The notes: generated from the sequence alone by a model not told the origin. Shown: positions 18,116 to 27,158, counted from the first letter of the stretch. The stretch is DNA of 46,266 bases from Spirochaetales bacterium (GCA_016928955.1 JAFGJV010000022.1:1-46266); one strand, 5' to 3'. Program-made: numbers and translations.

Positions 18116-19765
18116 ATGATGGGGAAAAAAGTCCGCTCGTCGACAAAACTGGATGCTCGCATAGCCCGCGCCTTATTCCTGGTGCTTGCCGGCCTGAACA
18201 TAGCGCAGCTTGGCCTGGTGGGGACGGGCGCCGGGCGAAAATTCTCCGCCGCTGAAGACGCCCTTTCCGGAGAAGATCTGGGCCGGGCCAAAGCTGTGCT
18301 CGTGTCGGAAGCGGAAAGCCTACTGGCCGTCAGCCGGGAGTTTGGCGCCTGGGACGAGACCAGGCAGTACACCCTGGGGCTGGACCCGTCCTACCCCGAG
18401 CGCAACTTCAACGACGAATGGCTGAAGGCGGCAGGCCTGGACATCATCGTGATCATCAACCCCGACATGGAGCCGGCCTATGTGTGGACCAGGGACGCCG
18501 CGTTTCCGGTGGACCCGGAGCCCGAGGTGTGCAAACTTGGGCAGGTGGACCTGAGCCAGCCGAGAACGTTCTATGAGCGCGTGGGCGGATCGCTTACGAT
18601 GATAGCGGTTTGGCCGGTAACCAATACAGCCATGGACCAGCAACCGGCGGGAGCGGTCATTTTTGGCATGGTTCTGGGCGAAAGGATGCTTGCGTCCATG
18701 GCGGAGAAAACGGGCCTGCCCGCGCGTGTGGCCGGTAGCGTTCCGGAAGACGCCCTGTGGAGGCAATTCGGCGGGCCTGATTCGAAGGATTATGTGTGGG
18801 ACAGGGGAGAGGAACGGGTGCTATCCCTGCCCATGTTCGGCTACGACGGCTCCGAAACGGCCAGGCTGGAAGTGTACCGCGAGCGGACCATACACGGCCT
18901 CTTGCGCTCGTATCTGCGGCAGCTTTCCCTCGCCTTGTTCGTTACCGTGGGTATAACCGCCCTGGTGTTGTTGTACCGGGTGCGACTGATCGTCGTGCGG
19001 CCCCTCGAGCGCGTCATCTCCCATTTATTGGCCTGCGAGCGCGAGGGCCGTGTGGTAGGAACGCTGGACCTGGGCAAGGCCGCGGGCAGGAACGACGAAA
19101 TAGGCAAGGCGGCCGACTGGATAGACGCTCTCCTCATGACCCTGGAGAAACGGCGCGCGGAACTAGAGGGAGCAAACGCCGAACTCAAGCGCCTTGCGTC
19201 CGTGGATCCCCTGACCGGGCTGGCGAACCGTCGCAGTTTCGAGCTCCATGCCCGCAAGGAATTCCGCCGGCTGGCCCGGGACCGCAGGGACAAGAGCCGC
19301 CGTTTCTGCACGTCGGCCTTGCTCTGCGACATCGACCACTTCAAGCCGTACAACGACCGCTATGGGCACCAGGCGGGCGACGCCTGCCTGCGGGCGGTGG
19401 CGTATGCCCTGGCTGGGGAGATCTTCCGGCCGGCGGACGTGGTGTGCCGTTACGGCGGCGAGGAGTTCATTCTCCTGCTACCCGGTACGGACGAGGCCGG
19501 AGCCAGGGTGGTGGCAGACAGGCTTCTGGAGGCGGTGCGCGCTTTGGGCATACCTCACGAGGCGTCGCCGGTGGCGTCCGTGGTGACCATAAGCATAGGT
19601 GCCGCGACCACCGGTTTTGAGGGCGAGGATGCTGATCTGCACGGACTCATTGGCCTGGCCGACAAGGCCCTGTACATGGCCAAGGCAGAAGGCAGGAACC
19701 GCATGGTATTCATGAAGGATCCGGCCGAGTGCAACGGAGACGCTGACGCTCCCGACCTGACCTGA
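18116..19765 (+). CDS. Diguanylate cyclase (CHASE4-like sensor, HAMP, GGDEF)
   Basis: GAWDETRQY (CHASE4-like), HAMP with NDEIG, DPLTGLANRR, DIDHFKPYND, RPAD I-site then RYGGEEF, ADKALYMAK. Confidence 0.93.
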   Translation: MMGKKVRSSTKLDARIARALFLVLAGLNIAQLGLVGTGAGRKFSAAEDALSGEDLGRAKAVLVSEAESLLAVSREFGAWDETRQYTLGLDPSYPERNFNDEWLKAAGLDIIVIINPDMEPAYVWTRDAAFPVDPEPEVCKLGQVDLSQPRTFYERVGGSLTMIAVWPVTNTAMDQQPAGAVIFGMVLGERMLASMAEKTGLPARVAGSVPEDALWRQFGGPDSKDYVWDRGEERVLSLPMFGYDGSETARLEVYRERTIHGLLRSYLRQLSLALFVTVGITALVLLYRVRLIVVRPLERVISHLLACEREGRVVGTLDLGKAAGRNDEIGKAADWIDALLMTLEKRRAELEGANAELKRLASVDPLTGLANRRSFELHARKEFRRLARDRRDKSRRFCTSALLCDIDHFKPYNDRYGHQAGDACLRAVAYALAGEIFRPADVVCRYGGEEFILLLPGTDEAGARVVADRLLEAVRALGIPHEASPVASVVTISIGAATTGFEGEDADLHGLIGLADKALYMAKAEGRNRMVFMKDPAECNGDADAPDLT

Positions 19766-19786
19766 CGGCAAACCGAGTGCGTCGCG

Positions 19787-20620
19787 TTATTCCACCCAAC
19801 TGGCTATGTACCTGATATCCGGCGCTTCCGGCGCTTCCGGCGGTCTCGGATCGACAAGCCAGCGTCCCGGCAAGGACAGGGAACTGGCGGCTGCCTCAAA
19901 ATGCCTGAGGGCTATGCCAGCGTCCATGTCCTGGAGCACTACCCCGGGAATGGCGTGGGTGTATACGGGATTCTCCTTGAGGAACAGATGGAACTCCGGT
20001 TTTCCCGTCGAGCCAGTCCTGAGGATACGCCAGGGTTGTTTGTTTGAAGCGGAGGGACCTCTGCGCACGGCCTCCAGGGGCAGGGCCCAGTCCCCGGCGT
20101 CAGCAAGCGGGGTATCCCAGCTGCCGTCAAAAAAAAGCTCTGATGGGGGCAGGCGCGACGACGAGCCGGCAGCCGCCCTGATTACGCGGTCGGCCAGCGT
20201 GGACCGCGCGGCGAGCATGCCCACGGGACTCACCGCCGGCACGATTTCTCCCGGCCGGAGATCCAGGGCCCGTCCCGCCCCTGTCCTGCCAAAGATGCCG
20301 CCGAGCCAGCAGGTGCCCAGACCCAGGGCGGTGGCCGCCAGGATGATGCCTTCCATCGCGTAGCCATAGTCGATGAAGGCCAGCGGGCATTCTGCAACGC
20401 AACCAACGACCCAGGCAGGAGCCTTGCGTATCACGCCGTAGGTGCCTATCCGGCCGCCGCCTATATCCGGGCCAATCAGCCTGAAGCGCGCTTCCGAGCC
20501 GAACACAACCGGCTGGTTAAGCGCCTGAACGAGCGCGGACTCCTCGGCTGGCATGAGCGGCTCGCCGCTGAAGGACCGTGTCGACGTTCTGGAAAAAATG
20601 TTTGCCAGTGTATCGTTCAC
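19787..20620 (-). CDS. Nitroreductase family protein (two-domain type)
   Basis: RTSTRSFS, GYAMEGIILAATALGLGTCWLGG, PSASNKQPWR; GTG start overlapping the upstream kinase stop (GTGA). Confidence 0.88.
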   Translation of the reverse strand: MNDTLANIFSRTSTRSFSGEPLMPAEESALVQALNQPVVFGSEARFRLIGPDIGGGRIGTYGVIRKAPAWVVGCVAECPLAFIDYGYAMEGIILAATALGLGTCWLGGIFGRTGAGRALDLRPGEIVPAVSPVGMLAARSTLADRVIRAAAGSSSRLPPSELFFDGSWDTPLADAGDWALPLEAVRRGPSASNKQPWRILRTGSTGKPEFHLFLKENPVYTHAIPGVVLQDMDAGIALRHFEAAASSLSLPGRWLVDPRPPEAPEAPDIRYIASWVE

Positions 20621-21915
20621 GCTGCCGGGTCCGTGCTGAAAACCACGCGGAACGTGCTTCCGGCTCGGGGTGTCGATTCCACCTCCAGCTGGGCGCCGTG
20701 CCGCCGTGCAAAAGCGTCGCATAGAATCAGCCCAAGGCCCGTGCCGTCCTCGCCGTTGGTCCCCTTGCGCCTTACCTTGAGGCCTGGCTTGAAGAGCCTG
20801 GCCGCCAGCTCGGCGTCCATTCCTATGCCCGAGTCCTTCACTTCCAGGACGGACTGCGTGCCATCCTGGCGTATGGAAACGTCCACCCTGCCGCCCGCGG
20901 GGGTGAATTTAATGGCGTTGGCGACAAGGTTCCTGGCCACCGTGTGGATCATGGACCGGTCGCACGAAACGCTGACCTGGCCGGACAGGTCGGCGCTCAG
21001 GCGCAGGCCCTTTGCGGCTGCCAGCGAACGAAGCGTTTCGAGCGCGTCTTCCACGATGCCGCCCAGGTCCTGGACCCGGGGCTGAAAGGGGATCTGGCCC
21101 TGCTGGTCCTGGGCCCAGGTCAGGAGGTTTTCCAGAAGCTCCCGCAGGGACCGTGCGGAGTGGAGGAGCATGCCCGTGTATTCCCGGCGTTCAGACTCGT
21201 TGAGGCCGTAGTTCGGATCGGCCAGCTGTTCCAGGATTCCAATGAACCCGGTCAGGGGGTTCTTGAGGTCGTGGGCTATCAGGCGGAGAAAGAGGTTTTT
21301 TGTGTCGACCAGACCCTGGAGCTGGCGTTCCCTCCGCGCCGCCTCGTATTGCATGACGATGACCAATAGAACGATGCTGAAAAAAATCACAAAAACAAAG
21401 GTCGCGCGCAGATATGGAACCCAGCCGGGCTCAAGGGGTAGCACGGGTTCGAATGGCCAGAAAAACTGGAAAAGGATAAAACTGCCTACGTTGAGCATGA
21501 AAAAAGCTAAAAAAAGAGGCCATTCATCCTTACCCCATACAAGAACGGGTACTAAAGAAAAAAGGAGAAGGAAGTATTGAAATCCTGTTTCCCGCCCAGT
21601 CGCGATGATCGCCACGCACGCCAATGTAACTATTCCAGAATTGAGTATCAGCCGGGCAGGTTTGTAGCGGCCTTTGGCCGAGTATGAGAAACCTAATAAA
21701 AACCACGGGACAAACGCCAGGGTGATGATGGTTAGGGGCAGGAGCCTTTTGGCGTCTTGAAGAAGGTAGAGTATCGGGTAGATAAGAATGCTGACCGTGG
21801 CTATGGACAGAGACGCGTTGAGCATTCTGATCTGGCGCGCCTCGGGGTTCGTGCTTTCATGGCTCGTTCCGAGGTGATAGATGGCTCGCCACAGGTCCGC
21901 GGGGCTTCGTGCCAT
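20617..21915 (-). CDS. Multi-TM sensor histidine kinase (HisKA, HATPase)
   Basis: About six TM segments; LIAHDLKNPL H-box, NLVANAIKFT, DSGIG, GTGLGL. Confidence 0.93.
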   Translation of the reverse strand: MARSPADLWRAIYHLGTSHESTNPEARQIRMLNASLSIATVSILIYPILYLLQDAKRLLPLTIITLAFVPWFLLGFSYSAKGRYKPARLILNSGIVTLACVAIIATGRETGFQYFLLLFSLVPVLVWGKDEWPLFLAFFMLNVGSFILFQFFWPFEPVLPLEPGWVPYLRATFVFVIFFSIVLLVIVMQYEAARRERQLQGLVDTKNLFLRLIAHDLKNPLTGFIGILEQLADPNYGLNESERREYTGMLLHSARSLRELLENLLTWAQDQQGQIPFQPRVQDLGGIVEDALETLRSLAAAKGLRLSADLSGQVSVSCDRSMIHTVARNLVANAIKFTPAGGRVDVSIRQDGTQSVLEVKDSGIGMDAELAARLFKPGLKVRRKGTNGEDGTGLGLILCDAFARRHGAQLEVESTPRAGSTFRVVFSTDPAA

Positions 21916-22001
21916 GCCTTAAGTATATGGCCGCTCGCGAGCCTGTCCATGTCCGCCTGTTTTTTGGGCTCGGGTGTCATCGGCGTGCTCGCGGGCACGG
22001 C

Positions 22002-22030
22002 TTGACGCCAATCAGCGCTTTGTCTATTCT
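22002..22030 (+). promoter_or_regulatory. Sigma70-type promoter for the riboswitch-permease transcript
   Basis: TTGACG-17 bp-TATTCT, ending just before the riboswitch. Confidence 0.65.
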
Positions 22031-22035
22031 CGTTT

Positions 22036-22130
22036 GGTCGATTGGGGAGTAGTCGAACCGTCCCTAGCCAACAACCGGCGCGTTGCGCCTGGCCGGACGG
22101 CCGCCCTGAGCGGGGAGACAAGACCTTTCG
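22036..22130 (+). ncRNA. yybP-ykoY (manganese) riboswitch
   Basis: 5' GGGGAGTAGTC and 3' GACAAGACCTTT signature strands; P3 CCGTCC/GGACGG enclosing GCCAACAA with an inner GGCGC/GCGCC stem; extra CCGC/GCGG hairpin; located between a promoter and a terminator in a transporter leader. Confidence 0.85.
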
Positions 22131-22179
22131 CGCGGCAGACCTGCCAGGATGCGGGTAGCTACGTGGAAGGTCTTTTTTT
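22121..22179 (+). terminator. Riboswitch expression-platform terminator
   Basis: AGACCTTTCGCG pairs with CGTGGAAGGTCT (some G-U pairs) and is followed by a T-run; the 5' arm overlaps the aptamer 3' strand. Confidence 0.75.
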
Positions 22180-22247
22180 GCAGCGTGTCGGGAACGATAC
22201 TAGCTGTGCGTGGCAAGGGCGGGACTGCCGGCCAAGGGAGGGTGGGA

Positions 22248-23522
22248 ATGAAATACGCGGTGCTTGGGATAGCGGTACTCATGTACGCCCTGGTCATAGC
22301 CCTGCCGCACCGCAAGGTGTGGTTTACGCTCGGAGCCGCCTTGTTGGTGACCGTGCTCGGGGTGGTGAGCCCCGCCCAGGTGTTCGGGGTCCTGATCAAC
22401 TGGAACGTGCTCCTGATTTACATCGGCAGCCTGGTCATAGCCGACCTCTTTATCTACTCCCGCGTGCCGTCCGCCCTGGCCGACAGGATCGTGGAGCGAT
22501 CGCCGTCGCTGGGCATGGGCGTGGTGTTCATCCTCATCATGACCGGGCTCCTGTCAGCCTTTGTGGAAAACGTGGCCACGGTCCTGGTCATGGCGCCCAT
22601 AGCCCTGGCCCTGGCCGACAAGGTCAAGATAGACGCCCGCTTCTTCCTTCTCGGCCTGGCGGTTATGTCCAATCTGCAGGGCACGGCTACCTTGGTAGGC
22701 GACCCGCCGTCAATGATTTTTGCCGGCTACGCGGGCTACTCGTTCAACGACTTTTTCTTCAAGGACGGCCGCCCGTCGATTTTCTTTGCCATCCAGGCGG
22801 CCATGATTGTCGGCGCTGTGTTCTTCTTCTGGTTCTACCGCAAGCACGGCAAGGTCAGGATAGACCTGCCCGCCGAGCGCATCGTGTCGTGGTTTCCCAC
22901 CATCCTTCTTGTGCTTCTTGTGGGCGGGCTGGCCTTGATATCCTTCTTCCACGAGGGCTTCTCGATACTGTCCGGGGCATTTGTGTTCGCGCTCGGGCTC
23001 GTCGGCCTGGCCTGGTACGCGTGGGTTCGCCGCGAGCCCAAGGACAAGGTGCTTGAGCTGGTCAAAAACCTGGACTGGGAGACCATCCTGTTCCTGGTGG
23101 GAATTTTCGTGGTCGTGGGGGCCGTGGCCCAGACCGGCCTTCTTGAGGACCTGTCCAGGGCCCTGGCCAATTTTGTGAACGGGAACGTGCTTCTGGGCTT
23201 TATAGCCATTGTGCTCCTGTCCGTGCTCCTGTCCGGATTTATAGACAACGTGCCGTACATTATCGTTATGCTGCCCGTGGCCGCGTCGCTGTCCTCAGCC
23301 CTCAACCTGAAGCCCGAGCTGTATATGTTCGGTCTCCTCATAGGCTCGTGCATAGGCGGCAACCTCACGCCCTTTGGCGCCAGCGCCAACGTGGTTGCGG
23401 CGGGCATTTTGAAAAAGCGGGGCGAACCGATGAACTTCGGGCGCTGGATAGCCGTGGCCGGCCCCTTTACGGTGCTGACCACGCTGACTGCCGCTGTTTT
23501 CATCTGGCTGGTATGGCGCTGA
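22248..23522 (+). CDS. ArsB/NhaD (CitMHS/SLC13-like) ion-transporter superfamily permease
   Basis: About 11-12 TMs; SAFVENVAT, SNLQGTATLVGDPPS, SGFIDNVPY, GGNLTPFGASAN motifs; GGAGG RBS. Confidence 0.9.
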   Translation: MKYAVLGIAVLMYALVIALPHRKVWFTLGAALLVTVLGVVSPAQVFGVLINWNVLLIYIGSLVIADLFIYSRVPSALADRIVERSPSLGMGVVFILIMTGLLSAFVENVATVLVMAPIALALADKVKIDARFFLLGLAVMSNLQGTATLVGDPPSMIFAGYAGYSFNDFFFKDGRPSIFFAIQAAMIVGAVFFFWFYRKHGKVRIDLPAERIVSWFPTILLVLLVGGLALISFFHEGFSILSGAFVFALGLVGLAWYAWVRREPKDKVLELVKNLDWETILFLVGIFVVVGAVAQTGLLEDLSRALANFVNGNVLLGFIAIVLLSVLLSGFIDNVPYIIVMLPVAASLSSALNLKPELYMFGLLIGSCIGGNLTPFGASANVVAAGILKKRGEPMNFGRWIAVAGPFTVLTTLTAAVFIWLVWR

Positions 23523-23544
23523 CGAAAAGCTGAACGTTGAAGAC

Positions 23545-23574
23545 AAGCCGTCTGCCCCGCAGGCGGCTTTTTTT
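23545..23574 (+). terminator. Intrinsic terminator after the permease
   Basis: AAGCCGTCTGC/GCAGGCGGCTT stem followed by a T-run. Confidence 0.8.
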
Positions 23575-23592
23575 GCCGGCGTGCTTTTTCTC

Positions 23593-23623
23593 TTGACCCT
23601 CACCTTGCGTGAGGGTTTATCGT
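23593..23623 (+). promoter_or_regulatory. MerR-type promoter/operator (19-bp spacer with dyad)
   Basis: TTGACC-19 bp-TATCGT; perfect dyad ACCCTCAC-N5-GTGAGGGT (23596-23616); ATG 6 nt after the -10. Confidence 0.85.
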
Positions 23624-23629
23624 ATGCGC

Positions 23630-24406
23630 ATGAAACGGGATGACGGCCAGTACACGGTAGGCGCGTTGGCCAAACTTGCGGGAGTGAGCGTCCGGACGCT
23701 CCATCTCTATGACGAACAGGGCTTGGTGGAGCCGTCTGGCCGGTCCGCGGCCGGGTATCGGCTATACGGCCGCGCCGACCTGTTGCGTCTCCAGCAGGTG
23801 CTGTTCTACCGCGAACTGGACGTTCCCCTGGAAGAAATCAAGCGCCTTGTGGACGCGCCGGGTTACGACAACGTGTCCGCCCTGCGCCGCCACCGGCGTT
23901 TGCTGGAACTGAAGGCGGAGCGGCTGTCGGGCCTGATGGTCACGATAGACCGGACCATCCGCGCGCTGAACGGAGAAAGCGATATGTTGAGCGACAAGGA
24001 ACTATATGAAGGTTTCGACGACGAGACCATCGAGCGCTACGAGCGCGAGGCCCAGGAAACCTGGGGCGGCACGGACGCCTACGAGCAGAGCAGGAAACGG
24101 GTCCGCGCCATGAGCAAGGAACAATGGGCGGCCGTGCGCGAGCGGGGGCAGGAAATAACCTTGGCTTTTGCCGACGCTTTCCGCTCGGGCAAGCCGGCCG
24201 ATGGACCTGACGCTTTGGCCGTGTGCAGCCGCTGGGCCGAGCACCTGCGGGCCTTTTACGAGCCCACGCCGGAAATGCTAGAAGGCCTTGGCGCCATGTA
24301 CGCCGACCACCCCGACTTCCGCGCCACCTATGAGGCCTACGCGGTCGGCCTGGCCGACTGGCTGAAGGCCGCCATGCTGGCATACGCGCGCTCGCTCAAG
24401 AAATAA
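23630..24406 (+). CDS. MerR-family transcriptional activator with a TipAS antibiotic-recognition domain (TipA/Mta-like)
   Basis: YTVGALAKLAGVSVRTLHLYDEQGL, GYRLY, LQQVLFYRELDVPLEEIK; C-terminal YEREAQETWG...LGAMYADHPDF TipAS motifs. Confidence 0.93.
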   Translation: MKRDDGQYTVGALAKLAGVSVRTLHLYDEQGLVEPSGRSAAGYRLYGRADLLRLQQVLFYRELDVPLEEIKRLVDAPGYDNVSALRRHRRLLELKAERLSGLMVTIDRTIRALNGESDMLSDKELYEGFDDETIERYEREAQETWGGTDAYEQSRKRVRAMSKEQWAAVRERGQEITLAFADAFRSGKPADGPDALAVCSRWAEHLRAFYEPTPEMLEGLGAMYADHPDFRATYEAYAVGLADWLKAAMLAYARSLKK

Positions 24407-24418
24407 CAACGACGATGG

Positions 24419-24449
24419 GAGCGCGGCCGGCCTGCGGCCGGCCGCGCTC
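24419..24449 (+). terminator. GC-rich hairpin after the MerR gene
   Basis: 14-bp stem GAGCGCGGCCGGCC/GGCCGGCCGCGCTC with a 3-nt loop; weak T-tract. Confidence 0.55.
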
Positions 24450-24486
24450 TTGCTGCGCCGCGCCGCGGTGGGCTAGGCTTAAGCCT

Positions 24487-25704
24487 ATGGATAGCAAACC
24501 TGTCATCACGCTCAAGCCCCGGGAGGAAGACCGCCTTATGCGGGGCCACCCGTGGGTATACGACAACGAGATCGCGGCCGCAGACGGCGCGCCCGTGCCC
24601 GGAGGCGAGGTGTTGCTGAAGAGCGCCAGGGGAAAGTTCCTGGGCTCCGCCCTGTGGAGCCCAGCGTCCAAGATACGGGCCCGGCGCTATTCCAGGCTGG
24701 ACGAGCCGTTCGACCGTAGCTACGTGGTAAAGCGGCTCCGTGAAGCCCTGGCCTGCCGCCTCCGCCACAGAAACCTGGAAATAGATTCCATGCGCGCCGT
24801 TTTTGCCGAGGCCGACGGGCTGCCCGGCCTGATCGTGGATCGCTTTGTCGGGAGCCACGGTTCCGAGAGAGGTTCTTGGCTGTCGGTGCAACTCTTGTCC
24901 AGGGGCGTGGACGAGCGGCGGGCCGATATTCTCCTGGCCTTGGACGAGGTGTTCGCGCCGGACGGAATCATGGAGCGGAGCGACGCTCCCGTGCGGGCGC
25001 TGGAGGGACTGGCTCCTCGATCGGGCGTGGCCGCCGGCTCGGTGCCGGACAGCGTCGTCATACGGGAGAACGGGCTGGACTTTGCGGCCCATATCGGCTC
25101 GGGCCAGAAAACCGGCTGGTTCCTGGACCAGCGGGAAAACCGTGCCGCCGCGGCCAGCTACGCGCATGGGCGCTCGGTGCTGGACGTGTTCTGCAATCAA
25201 GGCGGCTTTTCCCTGGCGTGCGCGGCCAGCGGCGCGTCGGCCGTGCTGGCCGTGGACTCGTCCGCCGACGCGCTGGCGTCGGTCGAGGAGAACGCCAGCC
25301 TGAATGGCCTACAAGCCGTCGTGCGCGCCAAGGAAGCCAACGCGTTTGATTTCCTGCGGGAGGAGGAGAAGAGCGGCAGGCGTTATGGCCTGGTTGTCCT
25401 TGATCCTCCGGCTTTTGCCAAAAACAAGGCATCCCTTGAAGGCGCGGTACGGGGCTACAAGGAAATAAACCTGCGCGCGCTCAAGCTGCTCGAGCCAGGC
25501 GGCGTGCTGGCCACGTTCTCGTGCTCGTTCTGGCTGTCGCGCGAACGTTTTCTGGACGTGCTCGACAGCGCCGCCGCCGACGCTGGGCTCACGCTCAGGT
25601 ACCTTGAGGAACTCAGGCAGGCTCCTGACCACCCGGTCATCTCCGGTTACGCGGAGTCGCGCTATCTCAAAGGCTGTATCGTGGAGGTCGTCGGGCCCCG
25701 CTGA
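24487..25704 (+). CDS. rlmI: Class I SAM-dependent rRNA methyltransferase (RlmI/YccW-like, PUA domain)
   Basis: GHPWVYDNEI, EADGLPGLIVD, GQKTGWFLDQRENR, VLDVFCNQGGF, LDPPAFAK, FSCS, YLK motifs. Confidence 0.88.
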   Translation: MDSKPVITLKPREEDRLMRGHPWVYDNEIAAADGAPVPGGEVLLKSARGKFLGSALWSPASKIRARRYSRLDEPFDRSYVVKRLREALACRLRHRNLEIDSMRAVFAEADGLPGLIVDRFVGSHGSERGSWLSVQLLSRGVDERRADILLALDEVFAPDGIMERSDAPVRALEGLAPRSGVAAGSVPDSVVIRENGLDFAAHIGSGQKTGWFLDQRENRAAAASYAHGRSVLDVFCNQGGFSLACAASGASAVLAVDSSADALASVEENASLNGLQAVVRAKEANAFDFLREEEKSGRRYGLVVLDPPAFAKNKASLEGAVRGYKEINLRALKLLEPGGVLATFSCSFWLSRERFLDVLDSAAADAGLTLRYLEELRQAPDHPVISGYAESRYLKGCIVEVVGPR

Positions 25705-25721
25705 GGCCCGGGCGCTCGGCG

Positions 25722-25750
25722 TTGACGCAGTCCGGCGCTGGGTTTACCCT
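25722..25750 (+). promoter_or_regulatory. Sigma70-type promoter 7 nt before the pepP ATG (likely leaderless)
   Basis: TTGACG-17 bp-TACCCT-GAGTGCC-ATG. Confidence 0.55.
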
Positions 25751-25757
25751 GAGTGCC

Positions 25758-27158
25758 ATGTTTGACCCACAGGTATACGCGGCCAGGCGGGCCGCCCTGA
25801 TCCGTAAGCTTGCGGAGCGCGGCGCGCGCGGCGGCCTGGTTGTTTTTCCCGGCAACCATGAAGCCCCCATGAATTATCCGGACAACACCTACCGTTTCCG
25901 CCAGGACTCCAGTTTCCTGTATTTCTTCGGCCTTGCCGAGCCGGACCTGGCGGCTACGCTGGACCTGGATTCCGGTGCGGCGACGCTGTACTGCGGCGAG
26001 CTGTCCCAGGACGACCTGGTGTGGACGGGGCCGCGCCCTAATCGGGCGGAACGTGCCCGGCTGTGCGCAGCGGACGCCCATGCAGATACGGACAGGTTGG
26101 CCTCAGACCTGGCCGCGGCCACAACGGCCGGGCGACCCATTCTCTACCTGCCGCCCTACCGGGCGGACACCCGAGCAGAACTCGCGTCCCTTTTGGGCTT
26201 GCCGCTTGAAGCCGTGAACGGAAAGGCGTCCATGGACCTAATCCGCGCGGCCATCGCCCTGCGTGAGATCAAGGATTCGGGAGAAGTGGCCCAGATCGAG
26301 CTGGCCGTGGACCGCAGCATAGCCATGCACAAGGCGGTGATCCGGGCCGCCAGGCCGGGCGTCACGGAGGCCGATCTCATGGCCCTTGCCTACCGCGAGG
26401 CTCTGGCCGGCGGCGGCATGCCGTCTTTCCCGCCCATAGCCACCACGCGCGGCGACGTGCTCCATAACCACGGGTACGGGCATACGCTAGAGTCCGGAGG
26501 GCTCTTTCTTCTGGACGCTGGGGCGGAAACAGGCTCGGGCTACGCCGGAGACCTGACAAGCACCTTTCCGGTGGATGCCCGGTACAACGAGCGGCAGCGC
26601 GCCGTGTACGAGATAGTCCTGGCGGCCGGCCGCGCCGCGTCGTCGCTTATACGGCCGGGAGTGCCTTACCGGGACGCCCACCTGGCGGCCGCAGGCGTCA
26701 TAGCCCGGGGGCTTGCGGACCTGGGCATCCTGAAGGGCAATCCCGACGACGCCGTGGCCAGGGGCGCCCATGCCTTGTTTTTCCCGCACGGCGTGGGCCA
26801 CCAGATGGGCCTGGACGTCCACGACTGCGAGGCCCTGGGCGAGCTCAACGTGGGCTATGCCGAGGGCGAGACCAAGAGCGCGCAGTTCGGGCTCAAAAGC
26901 CTGCGGATGGCCAAACCTGTCAAGCCTGGCATGGTCCTGACCGTGGAGCCGGGAGTTTACTTTATCGGGGGCTTGATCGCCGCCTGGAAGACGGAAGGCA
27001 GGTTTGCCGATTGCATAGACTACGAAGAGGCCGAGCGCTGGGTCGGCTTTGGCGGCGTGCGCAACGAGGAAGACTGGCTGGTGACGGAATCGGGCGCGCG
27101 GAAGCTGGGCGGAGACTTTGACAAGTCCATAGAAGCCATGGAGTCGCTCAGGGCCTGA
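25758..27158 (+). CDS. pepP: Xaa-Pro aminopeptidase (M24B)
   Basis: YRFRQDSSFLYFFG, LLDAGAE...YAGDLT, FFPHGVGHQMGLDVHD, TVEPGVYF, GGVRNEED motifs. Confidence 0.93.
   Translation: MFDPQVYAARRAALIRKLAERGARGGLVVFPGNHEAPMNYPDNTYRFRQDSSFLYFFGLAEPDLAATLDLDSGAATLYCGELSQDDLVWTGPRPNRAERARLCAADAHADTDRLASDLAAATTAGRPILYLPPYRADTRAELASLLGLPLEAVNGKASMDLIRAAIALREIKDSGEVAQIELAVDRSIAMHKAVIRAARPGVTEADLMALAYREALAGGGMPSFPPIATTRGDVLHNHGYGHTLESGGLFLLDAGAETGSGYAGDLTSTFPVDARYNERQRAVYEIVLAAGRAASSLIRPGVPYRDAHLAAAGVIARGLADLGILKGNPDDAVARGAHALFFPHGVGHQMGLDVHDCEALGELNVGYAEGETKSAQFGLKSLRMAKPVKPGMVLTVEPGVYFIGGLIAAWKTEGRFADCIDYEEAERWVGFGGVRNEEDWLVTESGARKLGGDFDKSIEAMESLRA

Noticed and set aside
2367..25757. Extended N-termini given by the track (2367, 2558, 11288, 14269, 20722, 22149, 23609, 24415, 25722)
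   Set aside because: Downstream starts have an SD, a stop/start overlap or promoter spacing and match where family similarity begins.
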